DNA from: Candidatus Omnitrophota bacterium
GTDB lineage: Bacteria > Omnitrophota > Omnitrophia > Omnitrophales > JACROU01
Reading direction: 5' to 3'
Length of the DNA stretch: 61,012 nt
NCBI GenBank assembly: GCA_016214265.1
Contig: JACROU010000078.1
Location: forward strand, 1-61,012
Shown here piece after piece: positions 29,314-38,272 of the stretch; positions within the stretch are counted from its first letter, which is position 1; every line of letters begins with the position of its first letter. A program made the translations under genes and the position numbers. Below the pieces are notes generated by a model. The model was given only the letters and a program-made list of their open reading frames with translations. It made no database searches and was not told the DNA's origin.

Positions 29314-30497
29314 TGTTTCTCACGATCGTTATTGCCTGCGTTATTTTGACGGTTCTTCAACATTCGTTTATTGCCAATTTCTTTTTCGTCACCGAGAAAA
29401 ATTTATTAGTCAAACATCCACCGTATACCCCGAAAGTTTCCATCATTATTCCATGTCGAGGCATTGACCCACATTTTGACACCAGTATCAAATCGATTTT
29501 GAATCAGGATTATCCTGATTACGAAATTGTGTTTGCCACGAGTGATGAAGAAGACCCCGCGTACGCACGGCTTCAAGAACTGATCCAAAATCACGCGTGT
29601 GTGAAAGCGCAGATTGTCATCGCGGGCCACCCTACGATTTCGACGGGCAAGCTCAATAATTTGGTCGCGGGTGTTGGGCAGGTCCGCGCGGATTCTGAGA
29701 TTCTCGTGTTTATGGATTCCGACACGTGCCCGCAGCCAAAATGGCTCGAGCACTTGATTGCGCCGATGCAGTATCCGCATGTCGGCATTACTACAGGCAT
29801 TCCGGTGTATGTGCCGCTGAAACACACTTTTTGGTCGCTCGTCAAATCGATGTGGATGGCGGGGCTGGGCGCGTTCGTGACGGTGAAGCGTTTCCGCGGC
29901 TGTTACGGCGGGGCGATGGCCGTGCGTAAAAAACATTTCGATCAATTTAACGTGCGTGAAATTTGGAAAACGGCGCTGACGGATGATCTCACGCTCAGCA
30001 TGGCGCTGAAACCGACGGGAACCATCAATTATTTTGTGCCGCAGTGCATGGTTCCGATTTACGAAGGAACCAATCTAATCGATTTTATCAAATGGGCGAA
30101 CCGTCAGTCGCTTTTGTCCCGCGTTTATTTCCGGAAACAGTGGGCATTTGTGGCGGTGATGTTTGCTTTGCGGATGATTTTTATGGTGGCCAGTCCGATT
30201 GTTTTTCTATCAGCCCTTTTTACCGGATCGCTTGGGCTTATTCACTGGATTTTTCTGTGTCCGGTTTATGTCGCGGTGTATAACGGGATTCTCTTGATGA
30301 AAGCGACCGATGACGCGATGAGACACGAAGTAGCCGGCATTCATAAAATCACGCGCTGGTATCCCGTGCTTGCGCCCACGACCCAAATTTTAGCGATTGT
30401 TAATTTTGTCATTCCGCTTTTTGCCCGCAAAATGACTTGGAGGGGAATTACCTACAAATTCACTTCAAGTACCGAAGTCATCGTAGAAAAACGTTAA
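29313..30497 (+). CDS. GT2/GT21-like glycosyltransferase (ceramide glucosyltransferase/HpnI-like)
   Basis: VSIIIPCRG, GKLNNL, FMDSD, TDD, WANRQ, TWRGITY. Confidence 0.82.
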   Translation: MFLTIVIACVILTVLQHSFIANFFFVTEKNLLVKHPPYTPKVSIIIPCRGIDPHFDTSIKSILNQDYPDYEIVFATSDEEDPAYARLQELIQNHACVKAQIVIAGHPTISTGKLNNLVAGVGQVRADSEILVFMDSDTCPQPKWLEHLIAPMQYPHVGITTGIPVYVPLKHTFWSLVKSMWMAGLGAFVTVKRFRGCYGGAMAVRKKHFDQFNVREIWKTALTDDLTLSMALKPTGTINYFVPQCMVPIYEGTNLIDFIKWANRQSLLSRVYFRKQWAFVAVMFALRMIFMVASPIVFLSALFTGSLGLIHWIFLCPVYVAVYNGILLMKATDDAMRHEVAGIHKITRWYPVLAPTTQILAIVNFVIPLFARKMTWRGITYKFTSSTEVIVEKR

Positions 30498-31000
30498 CGA
30501 GTTCCTTCCCAAACTCCGCGATTCGCTTTCTTCGCGCCTTTTTCATAAAACCGAAACCGGTGGTATTGCTTACACGGAAATTTTTTCGACGAATAAACGT
30601 ATCCGCGCCACAGCAGATCTTCTTGGATCGTGCCCGCCGGGGCAGGCGTTGATTCCAGCGTTACGTAAGCCAGCAGTCGTCCCATGTCATCCCGCATTTT
30701 TTTATCATACGCCAGCCGAATCGTCTTTCCTTTAATTTCCGCGCTGAGGAATTCAATGGCCTTCCGGTTCACATCAATTTTCCGGCTGGCTTCAACGCCG
30801 AGCAGGCGGACGGATTCTCCCGTCTCGATCTGAATAATATTCGGAGCGTAAACCTCCTTCACTTTTGCGCTGATCGGAGCTTTGGGTTTGGCGGATTCAG
30901 GGGCAATATCGTAGAACTTGGGTGGGGCCATCTCCTCGGCGGAGAGGATAGAAGGGAGCGCCAGCAAGCCTACAATGATTAGGGATATCCATCGAGTCAT
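30494..31000 (-). CDS. secreted thermonuclease (SNase) family protein
   Basis: VRLLGVE, DDMGRLLAYV, AKKANRGVW; signal peptide; the usual DGDT motif appears degenerate. Confidence 0.75.
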   Translation of the reverse strand: MTRWISLIIVGLLALPSILSAEEMAPPKFYDIAPESAKPKAPISAKVKEVYAPNIIQIETGESVRLLGVEASRKIDVNRKAIEFLSAEIKGKTIRLAYDKKMRDDMGRLLAYVTLESTPAPAGTIQEDLLWRGYVYSSKKFPCKQYHRFRFYEKGAKKANRGVWEGTR

Positions 31001-31057
31001 GAAGGCATTTTAGCACTCTATCAATAGGGGGCAAAAAAATAATTAAAGAAATTCCGC

Positions 31058-31086
31058 TTGAATACCGAACATTTGTTCGGTATCAT
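31058..31086 (+). promoter_or_regulatory. sigma70 promoter overlapped by a LexA-type SOS box
   Basis: TTGAAT-17 bp-TATCAT with CGAAC-ATTT-GTTCG (31066-31079) inside the longer palindrome ATACCGAAC-N4-GTTCGGTAT. Confidence 0.82.
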
Positions 31087-31095
31087 CTTAACCCT

Positions 31096-32169
31096 ATGGC
31101 AAACGCAACGATTCAAGAAAATACAATATTACCTTCCCAGGTAAGCAAGAGGCTTTTCGAGGATGTCCGTTCGCTTATCGAGCAGTCCCGCGGACGGGTA
31201 GCCCAGTACGTCAATTCGGAGCTTGTGATGTTGTATTGGAAAGTAGGGCGGCGAGTGCGCAAAGATATATTGGGAAATGAGCGTAGTCCTTATGGAAAAG
31301 AAATTGTCCAGACAGTGTCTGGACAATTAGTGGCAGATTATGGAAAAGGGTTTAGTCGAAGCAATTTGTTTAATATGGTTCGTTTCTCAAATATTTTCCC
31401 TAAACCGGGAATTGTCGCGACACTGTCGCTCCAATTGGGCTGGAGTCATTTTATCGAGATTATTCCAATTGAAGATTCTCTTAAACGCGATTTTTATTCT
31501 GAAATGTGCCGTATTGAGCGATGGAGTGTCCGGACACTGAGAGCCAAAATCGACAGCATGCTTTTCGAGCGTACCGCCCTTTCGAAGAAACCAAAGAAAC
31601 TCATTCAACAGGAAATCGATACGCTGAGAAAAGAAGATCAGATGACGCCCGATCTTGTTTTTCGGGATCCGTACTTTCTGGATTTTCTGGGATTGAAAGG
31701 TTCTTTCAGTGAAAAAGATGTTGAATCGGCAATCTTAAGAGAGCTTGAAAAATTCATTTTGGAACTCGGAACAGATTTCACTTTTGTGGATCGTCAGAAA
31801 CGGATGACAATTGGCGGGGAAGATTTTTATCTGGATTTGCTTTTTTATCACCGCCGGCTCCGGCGATTGGTTGTTTTTGAATTGAAGCTCGGGAAATTTC
31901 AGGCGGGGGATAAAGGGCAAATGGAACTTTATTTGAGATGGCTGGAAAAGTACGAAAAACGTGAAGGGGAGGAGTCTCCGTTGGGTTTGATTCTGTGCAG
32001 CGAGAAAAGCCAGGAGCAAGTTTCATTGCTGAAGTTGGATCATGGCGAGATTCGGGTTGCGGAGTATCTCACAGAACTACCGTCTCAAGAGGTCTTCGAA
32101 AAGAAACTTCATGATGCGATTTCGATCGCGAAAGAACAATTGACGGTCAATGGGAAAGGGTCTTCATGA
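31096..32169 (+). CDS. yhcG: YhcG / DUF1016 family PD-(D/E)XK nuclease-like protein
   Basis: LYWKVG, LGWSH, WSVRTL, RDPYFLDFLGL, ELGTDF, DLLFYHRRLRRLVVFELK, GQMELYL. Confidence 0.9.
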   Translation: MANATIQENTILPSQVSKRLFEDVRSLIEQSRGRVAQYVNSELVMLYWKVGRRVRKDILGNERSPYGKEIVQTVSGQLVADYGKGFSRSNLFNMVRFSNIFPKPGIVATLSLQLGWSHFIEIIPIEDSLKRDFYSEMCRIERWSVRTLRAKIDSMLFERTALSKKPKKLIQQEIDTLRKEDQMTPDLVFRDPYFLDFLGLKGSFSEKDVESAILRELEKFILELGTDFTFVDRQKRMTIGGEDFYLDLLFYHRRLRRLVVFELKLGKFQAGDKGQMELYLRWLEKYEKREGEESPLGLILCSEKSQEQVSLLKLDHGEIRVAEYLTELPSQEVFEKKLHDAISIAKEQLTVNGKGSS

Positions 32170-32750
32170 AACAAATCGGATCCACTCAAAAACATATTCT
32201 GGAATTGATCAAAGACTTTTCGGCGGCGGAGGGCTATCCGCCAACGGTGCGGGATATCGCGAAGGTGCTTAAGCTCGCGGTCAGTACGGTGCATGAGCAT
32301 TTGGCGAAATTGCGGGAGAAGGGACTTTTGAGGCATGAAGCGGGGCGGTCTCGCGGTGTGTGGTTTTCGGGAAGACGGGAGGCGGTGGAGCTTCCAATCG
32401 TCGGTCAAATAGCTGCGGGCCGTCCTATTCTTGCCGTGGAGGAAAAGCGCGATTGGGTTCCGCTTCCGAAAGATTTGGTGGGCGGGGGCGACTTCATTAT
32501 TCAAGTGAAGGGTGACAGTATGACGGGGGAAGGGATTCACGATGGAGATCATGTTGTCATTCGCCAACAGGAGACGGCGGCTGACGGAGACATTGTGGCC
32601 GCGCTAATCGACGAAGAAGTCACACTCAAAACAATTTATAAGAAAAAAGATTATGTCATTTTAAAAGCAGCCAATCCCAAATATGACGATTTGAAATATC
32701 CAAGCATAAAAATTATCGGGAAATTGGTGGGCTTGTTTCGTAAATACTAA
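32166..32750 (+). CDS. lexA: SOS repressor LexA
   Basis: GYPPTVRDI winged HTH, Ala-Gly cleavage site (IAAGRP), catalytic Ser (GDSM) and Lys (VTLK). Confidence 0.95.
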   Translation: MKQIGSTQKHILELIKDFSAAEGYPPTVRDIAKVLKLAVSTVHEHLAKLREKGLLRHEAGRSRGVWFSGRREAVELPIVGQIAAGRPILAVEEKRDWVPLPKDLVGGGDFIIQVKGDSMTGEGIHDGDHVVIRQQETAADGDIVAALIDEEVTLKTIYKKKDYVILKAANPKYDDLKYPSIKIIGKLVGLFRKY

Positions 32751-32773
32751 TCAACAATCAATAAGGAGGGGTT

Positions 32774-33025
32774 ATGGTGATGGAAGTCGCTGAAAAAATC
32801 GAAGTGGGGGCTATTTTTAGACGAGGGCATGTGAAACCGGTTTGGTTTATTTGGAAAAGCAGGCGGCATTCCGTCAAAGATGTCACTTACGAATGGCATG
32901 AAAAACGGGGTGAGAATTTTCTGCACTATTTCCAGTTGGTTGCGGAAGAGGGGATTTACAAAGTCAGCCTTGATTCCAAATGCCTCAGTTGGAATCTTGA
33001 GAAGGTTTATGACGATGTAGCTTGA
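32774..33025 (+). CDS. small conserved protein of lexA-dinB cassettes (DUF6504-like)
   Basis: 83 aa, strong RBS AAGGAGG, PVWFIWKSRRH ... W ... HYF pattern. Confidence 0.6.
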   Translation: MVMEVAEKIEVGAIFRRGHVKPVWFIWKSRRHSVKDVTYEWHEKRGENFLHYFQLVAEEGIYKVSLDSKCLSWNLEKVYDDVA

Positions 33026-33026
33026 A

Positions 33027-33061
33027 AACCGTGAACCGTGGTCCGTGGACAGTGAACCGTG
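33027..33061 (+). repeat. five 7-mer units, left arm of a 30-bp inverted repeat
   Basis: AACCGTG AACCGTG GTCCGTG GACAGTG AACCGTG. Confidence 0.92.
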
Positions 33062-33066
33062 AATTG

Positions 33067-33426
33067 ATGAAGATACAAAGCTACAAGGATCTCAATGTTT
33101 GGAAAAAGGGGATAGAAATAGTAAACCTTGTTTATGATTTGTCAGAAAAATTTCCGAATCAGGAAAGGTTTGGTTTGATATCTCAAGTGCAGCGTTCGGC
33201 CGTTTCAATCCCTTCTAACATTGCAGAAGGTTTTTCTCGGCAGCATACAAAAGAGTATCAGCAATTCTGTTACATCGCGCTTGGTTCTTGTGCGGAGCTG
33301 GAGACTCAAATGATAATCGCGAAATTTCGCGGGTTTGTAGAGAAAGAAACATTCGCCAAGTTAGAGGAATTTTTGAATCATGAGAGTAGGATGTTGGAGA
33401 ATCTAATAAAAAGCTTAAATCGTTAA
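33067..33426 (+). CDS. four-helix-bundle protein (23S rRNA IVS protein / Avd-like family)
   Basis: SYKDLNVWKK, FPNQERFGLISQVQRSAVSIPSNIAEG, ALGSCAELETQ. Confidence 0.93.
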   Translation: MKIQSYKDLNVWKKGIEIVNLVYDLSEKFPNQERFGLISQVQRSAVSIPSNIAEGFSRQHTKEYQQFCYIALGSCAELETQMIIAKFRGFVEKETFAKLEEFLNHESRMLENLIKSLNR

Positions 33427-33466
33427 CGGTTCACTGTCCACGGACCACGGTTCACAATCCACGAGT
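33426..33466 (-). repeat. 7-mer array, right arm of the inverted repeat
   Basis: 33426-33455 is the exact reverse complement of 33031-33060; two degenerate units follow. Confidence 0.92.
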
Positions 33467-33471
33467 AATCA

Positions 33472-34746
33472 GTGCTTACCCGAAAATCCATTACTTATGA
33501 CCGGAGTGATTCACCTCCTGAAATAAACCGCATCATCTTCCATGCGGATATGGACGCGTTTTTTGCGTCCGTGGAGCAAAGCGCGAATCCATTGCTTCGC
33601 GGCAAACCGGTACTGGTGGGCGGGCATTCGCTGACACGCGGGGTGGTAACCACCGCCAGTTATGAGGCCCGGCCTTACGGGATTAAAGCCGGGATGAGTT
33701 TGGGGGAGGCGCGGCGGTTGTGTCCTCACGCCATTATCGTTCCCGCCGACAGCGGCAAATACGTTGAAACCTCGCAGGTCATTTTTTCAAAACTCCGTCA
33801 ATATACTCCGCTGGTGGAGGTGTTTTCGATCGACGAAGCATTTTTGGATGTGACTGCGACATTCCGTCATTTCTTTAAAACCCCGGAGGATTTGGCTCTT
33901 CATCTTAAATCCTGGGTGACGAAACAATTCCGGATTACGATGTCCGTCGGCATCGCGTCGAACAAGCTTCTTGCCAAATTGGCCAGCGATGTTCGTAAGC
34001 CCAACGGCCTTTTCCGCATTCATCATGAGAGGATTTCCTCTTTTCTCGAAAAACTTCCTGTCGAAACATTGTGCGGTATCGGACCTTCTCTGAAAGAGCA
34101 TTTGCATGGAATGGGAGTGCGCACTTGCGGGGAATTAGGCCGGTTTTCCGAACATCTTCTTTTCGAACGATTCGGCGTGATTGGTCCCGTGCTCAAAAAT
34201 ATGGGGATGGGGATAGATCACGCTCCAGTGATGCCGGCCGATGCGCCTGATATTACCAAATCGATGGGGCATTCCTACACGCTGTTGGAAGACATTTTTG
34301 AATTACGCGACGTGAAAAAATATTTGCTTTGGCTGGCTGAGCGCGTGGGCCGGCGTCTTCGGAGGGAAAATTTTCGCGGCTGTGTGGTGCATTTGTGGAT
34401 CCGTTACGGTGACCGGAGTTCATTCGTTCGTCAGCGCGCCTGCCATTATGATTTGGATGATGGGCAAGATATTTATCACGAGGCGCTTAAAATTTTCGGA
34501 GGTTCCGGTTCTGTGTGGAAAGAAAAGGGGGTCCGCGCGCTGGGGGTCAGTGTTTCCGGTCTCAGACAATCAGGGCATGAACTCTGGCTTCTGGAGGAAT
34601 ACGAAAAACACCGACGTCTCCGGAAATCGTTGGATGCGATTAACGATAGATTTGGTGAATTTACCGTAAAACCGGCCTCCATCAATTTTAAGGGTGATGA
34701 TAAAGCAGAAAGCGATGTGATTGATTTGTTTGGATCAGGGAAATAA
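33472..34746 (+). CDS. dinB: DNA polymerase IV (Y family)
   Basis: HADMDAFFASVEQ, ASYEAR, SIDEAFLD, LAKLASD ... KPNG; C-terminal DAINDRFG. Confidence 0.93.
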   Translation: MLTRKSITYDRSDSPPEINRIIFHADMDAFFASVEQSANPLLRGKPVLVGGHSLTRGVVTTASYEARPYGIKAGMSLGEARRLCPHAIIVPADSGKYVETSQVIFSKLRQYTPLVEVFSIDEAFLDVTATFRHFFKTPEDLALHLKSWVTKQFRITMSVGIASNKLLAKLASDVRKPNGLFRIHHERISSFLEKLPVETLCGIGPSLKEHLHGMGVRTCGELGRFSEHLLFERFGVIGPVLKNMGMGIDHAPVMPADAPDITKSMGHSYTLLEDIFELRDVKKYLLWLAERVGRRLRRENFRGCVVHLWIRYGDRSSFVRQRACHYDLDDGQDIYHEALKIFGGSGSVWKEKGVRALGVSVSGLRQSGHELWLLEEYEKHRRLRKSLDAINDRFGEFTVKPASINFKGDDKAESDVIDLFGSGK

Positions 34747-34752
34747 ATATTG

Positions 34753-35229
34753 CTACTGGCTTCGCGAATCAAAAGTTTCTTCGCGCGGCGCCTGGTATTT
34801 CCAGGTGCTGGCAGAGGTCTGCATTTGAATTGGGCCGATGCCAAATCGTTTACTGCGCCGCGATTCATCTGACTGTTCTTCACGCGTAAACTGAAAATGG
34901 TAGTCAAATACGGGGCGCGGATCCGAAGGTCCTGTCGGCAACAACAATTCAAAACGAGTTCTGGAGTCGGGAAGCAAGTTCGGCAGGCGGGTGGTTAGCT
35001 CCTGTTTTAACGATGTTCCTTCATAAACCTGAGTGATGAGATCCACGTTATAAACCAGATAGGGGCTGTTGTTGCTGACGGCGCCTTCCAGAGTTTTTTT
35101 TCCGTCAGCCCCGCGCAGAATCTGCCACTCGGTGACTTCAACTTTAGCGCCTTCCGGAAAGGGTTTTGGCGTGCTAGCGCATCCGGTGATGAGGAGTAAC
35201 GTCAGAACCATGACGGCTGTGTTTTTCAT
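34753..35229 (-). CDS. lipoprotein, possibly FxLYD-like Ig domain
   Basis: Lipobox ITGC; LEGAVSNNS ... NLLPDSRTRFEL pattern. Confidence 0.6.
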   Translation of the reverse strand: MKNTAVMVLTLLLITGCASTPKPFPEGAKVEVTEWQILRGADGKKTLEGAVSNNSPYLVYNVDLITQVYEGTSLKQELTTRLPNLLPDSRTRFELLLPTGPSDPRPVFDYHFQFTREEQSDESRRSKRFGIGPIQMQTSASTWKYQAPREETFDSRSQ

Positions 35230-35304
35230 ATCAAAGATGATACCCGATAAATTTTGTTTTGTTTATGCTAAAATACGCGTTCATTTCAGAGGAGTTTTTC
35301 ACGA

Positions 35305-36312
35305 ATGCCCGTTGCGTTACGATTAGTTCTCTTTTATTTTTTTGTCGCTCTCTTTCTTATTCTTCTGCCCATTTTTATGCTTTCATCGCTGGGCTATCGT
35401 TACAATAGCGCTACCCACAGTTTTCAACGCCTGGGCATGATTTCTCTCCGCACATATCCCGAAGAAGCCTCAATCACCTTGAATAAAAAGAGGCTCAAAC
35501 AAAAAACTCCCGCGAAGCTTACCAATTTATTTCCAGGAAAATATTCTTTGCTGCTTGAAAAAAAAGGTTTCAAATCCTGGTCTGAAGAAGTAGAAGTCCG
35601 GTCTAACTGGGTGACTCAGCTGGAATCCATTTTTCTTTTCCCGGAAAAAATGCGATTTTTGCCGGTGACAGACCTGGCCGCGGCAAGTTTCTTTCCGTCT
35701 CCCAAATCGCGAAAAATGGTTATCTGGGGTAAATCTTCCGAAGACAGCGGGCTATGGCTTTTGAATTTGTTTCTGGAGGAAGAAACGCTGATTCTCGAAG
35801 AAAATCAGGTGCCGCCCGGATTTTTTTCGCGGGATATGGAAATTTATTGGTCTAAAAATGAACGTTCGATCGTAATTCAAAAAAAAGGCCAGTGCTTTCT
35901 TCTCAATTTTAAAAAACCCAATCACATTGTGAATGTAAAAAATATTATTGGATTTGACGAAGAGCCCACGGTTTCCCAGGGCACTGAGAAAACATTTCAA
36001 TTTGACGCTAATAAAATTATTTCATTAAATCAAAAACATGCGTTTTTGCGACAGGTGGGCCCGGAGGCCGTAGGATATACTCAGAAAATTTTTTCATTTC
36101 CAGCGGGATGGAAGCAAATTTATTTTGATTCACAATTTAAACAATTGTATTTTATTCAAGGAAGCCGCTTGATGCGCGTGAATCTGGCTTACGGGCGTTT
36201 CAGTAAGCTGATGGAAAATATGCGCGAAACTATGTCGGGTAGCGTGCAGTTTTTTGATTCGCGTGACTTATTTGACCATTCTGCTTCTTTTGGCTTATCG
36301 CAATCTTCGTAA
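35305..36312 (+). CDS. PEGA domain-containing membrane-anchored protein
   Basis: N-terminal TM, GYRYN, TYPEEASITLN, TPAKLTNLFPGKYSLLLEKKGFKSW; true 3' end uncertain because it overlaps the next gene. Confidence 0.75.
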   Translation: MPVALRLVLFYFFVALFLILLPIFMLSSLGYRYNSATHSFQRLGMISLRTYPEEASITLNKKRLKQKTPAKLTNLFPGKYSLLLEKKGFKSWSEEVEVRSNWVTQLESIFLFPEKMRFLPVTDLAAASFFPSPKSRKMVIWGKSSEDSGLWLLNLFLEEETLILEENQVPPGFFSRDMEIYWSKNERSIVIQKKGQCFLLNFKKPNHIVNVKNIIGFDEEPTVSQGTEKTFQFDANKIISLNQKHAFLRQVGPEAVGYTQKIFSFPAGWKQIYFDSQFKQLYFIQGSRLMRVNLAYGRFSKLMENMRETMSGSVQFFDSRDLFDHSASFGLSQSS

Positions 36313-37609
36313 AATGAAACAGGAAGATTGGATGGCGAAGTGTAAAACTTTAGAGCTTGCCGGATGCGATAAGCGGACGGACCAGCTCTGGCACGCGGTT
36401 ATTTTTCCGGCATTCCGGGAAACTGAATCGACATTAGCACCATCCATCGAAGCGCTGATCCGGTCTCATTATCCGCTCAAACGGATTATCGTAGTGCTTG
36501 CCATTGAAGATCGGGGTGGTGAGGCGGTGTGGAAAGCGGCGCATCAGATGAAAGCCGAGTACGAATCTCATTTTGCCGATTTTCTGGTTTATGTGCATCC
36601 CGACGGTTTGCCGGGTGAATTCAAAACGAAGGGGGCGAATATCACCTGGGCCGGTAGGAAATTGAAAGAATATTTTGATGAACGCAAAATCGCGTATGAC
36701 GATGTTTTGATTTCCTGTTTCGATTCCGACACGCGCGTAAATCATAATTATTTTTCCTGCCTGACCTATCAATATCTGGCCAATCCGAAAAGAACGCGCG
36801 CCAGTTATCAGCCCGTCCCGGTATATCACAATAATATTTGGGAGGCAAAATCGTTCGCCCGTGTGATTGAGATTACCTCTTCATTCTGGCAGCTGGTGGA
36901 GGGGATGAAACGCGAAAAATTTGTCAGTTTTTCCAGTCACAGTTTGAGTATGAAGGCGCTGGTCGACGTTGATTTCTGGCCTGTCGATATGATCTCGGAT
37001 GACTCCGCTATTTTCTGGCGTTGCTACATTCATTATCACGGGGACTATCATGTGGTTCCGATGTATGTGACTGTATCGATGGATATCGCGACTGCGCCGA
37101 CGATTTGGGGAACCATCAAAAATCAATACAAACAAAAACGTCGCTGGGCGTGGGGCGTGGAAAATTTTCCGGTGATGATGATGGCCTTTCGTAAAGACAC
37201 GAAAATTTCATTCATAGAAAAACTGAGGCGTTCGACCCAAATTTTGGGGGAGCATTTTACGTGGGCCACGTGGGCCATTGTGATTGGCTGGATCAGCCCT
37301 CTGCCTATTCTTTTCCGCGATTACCTTTTTTCGCAAAGCATCATCGGCTATCAATTCCCCAGCATTACGGGGACTCTTCTTAATTTAACCGGATTTTCCA
37401 TAATTATTTGTATCTTGATTAGTTTTGCGCTGTTACCGCATAAACCTGCCAATGTCCGGCGTGTTCAAATTGTGAAAATGTTTACCCAATGGTTGTTCAC
37501 ACCCGTAATCACTCTTGTGATTGCGTCTTTGCCGACGCTGGATGCCCAGACCCGTTTAATGACTGGTAAATATCTTGGTGTTTTGGTGACGCCAAAGGCG
37601 GGTGGCTAG
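36254..37609 (+). CDS. GT2 family membrane glycosyltransferase (N-terminus possibly missing)
   Basis: TKGANITW, FDSDT, YQPVP, SDD, QKRRWAWG (D,D,D,QxxRW pattern), C-terminal TM helices. Confidence 0.82.
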   Translation: MIRVTYLTILLLLAYRNLRKMKQEDWMAKCKTLELAGCDKRTDQLWHAVIFPAFRETESTLAPSIEALIRSHYPLKRIIVVLAIEDRGGEAVWKAAHQMKAEYESHFADFLVYVHPDGLPGEFKTKGANITWAGRKLKEYFDERKIAYDDVLISCFDSDTRVNHNYFSCLTYQYLANPKRTRASYQPVPVYHNNIWEAKSFARVIEITSSFWQLVEGMKREKFVSFSSHSLSMKALVDVDFWPVDMISDDSAIFWRCYIHYHGDYHVVPMYVTVSMDIATAPTIWGTIKNQYKQKRRWAWGVENFPVMMMAFRKDTKISFIEKLRRSTQILGEHFTWATWAIVIGWISPLPILFRDYLFSQSIIGYQFPSITGTLLNLTGFSIIICILISFALLPHKPANVRRVQIVKMFTQWLFTPVITLVIASLPTLDAQTRLMTGKYLGVLVTPKAGG

Positions 37610-37611
37610 AC

Positions 37612-37632
37612 AGAAGGTATCAGATACCTTCT
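37612..37632. repeat. short REP-like palindrome
   Basis: AGAAGGTATC-A-GATACCTTCT, same AAGGT...ACCTT frame as 38199-38256. Confidence 0.55.
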
Positions 37633-37772
37633 CTTTCTCCCCCATCCCTCGATTTAGTCTTGAGTTATGGAAAAGCTTCAGTATAATTGCCCCGATTTTT
37701 CGCAGGTGAGAATTTTTCATTATCCTTTTGAAATGGCATACTTGATTTGACGAGAGAAAGAGGACGAACACG

Positions 37773-38201
37773 ATGGCGAAGAAACAAAAAAAATCCAAAG
37801 TAAAATTGAAAGCCCAAAAGGCGAAACCCGCCCAAAAAAAAGTTGCGAAAAAAGTAAAAGCTAAAATTCAGAAAAAAAATGTAAAAGTTAAGGCGGCTGC
37901 AAAGCCGGTGCCCGGAAAAAAACCGGCGCTTACGGTAAAAGATGAAAAAAAGAAACCGGTAAAAGCATTTGTTCCTGACGAGGAAAAGGATTTGTTCGAT
38001 GAGAAAGTCGGGGAAGATATTTTCGAAAAGAAAGGTTTAGCAGGAAAGGATGACGAACCTGCGGCTAAGCCGGATGAAGATGAGGACGAAGACGCCGATT
38101 GGGATGATGATGATGAAAAAGAGGTCGGTGAGGGAAACAAGAAAGAAGACTGGCAAACTCCTCTGCCTGGCCGCTTTGAAGAAGACGACGACGATCTTTA
38201 A
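37773..38201 (+). CDS. hypothetical protein, Lys/Ala-rich N-half and acidic C-half
   Basis: 142 aa, RBS GAGGA, strongly charge-segregated low-complexity sequence. Confidence 0.7.
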   Translation: MAKKQKKSKVKLKAQKAKPAQKKVAKKVKAKIQKKNVKVKAAAKPVPGKKPALTVKDEKKKPVKAFVPDEEKDLFDEKVGEDIFEKKGLAGKDDEPAAKPDEDEDEDADWDDDDEKEVGEGNKKEDWQTPLPGRFEEDDDDL

Positions 38202-38256
38202 TACAGAAGGTGCCAGGCACCTTTAGAACGTAAGGTGCCAGGCACCTTCTGTATTA
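38199..38256. repeat. REP doublet hairpin
   Basis: Two AAGGTGCCAGGCACCTT palindromes inside TAATACAG...CTGTATTA arms. Confidence 0.8.
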
Positions 38257-38272
38257 TCCTCACCCCCAAGTT

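Noticed and set aside
33022-33466. Diversity-generating retroelement
   Set aside because: The protein is Avd-like, but no reverse transcriptase or template/variable repeat pair is visible.
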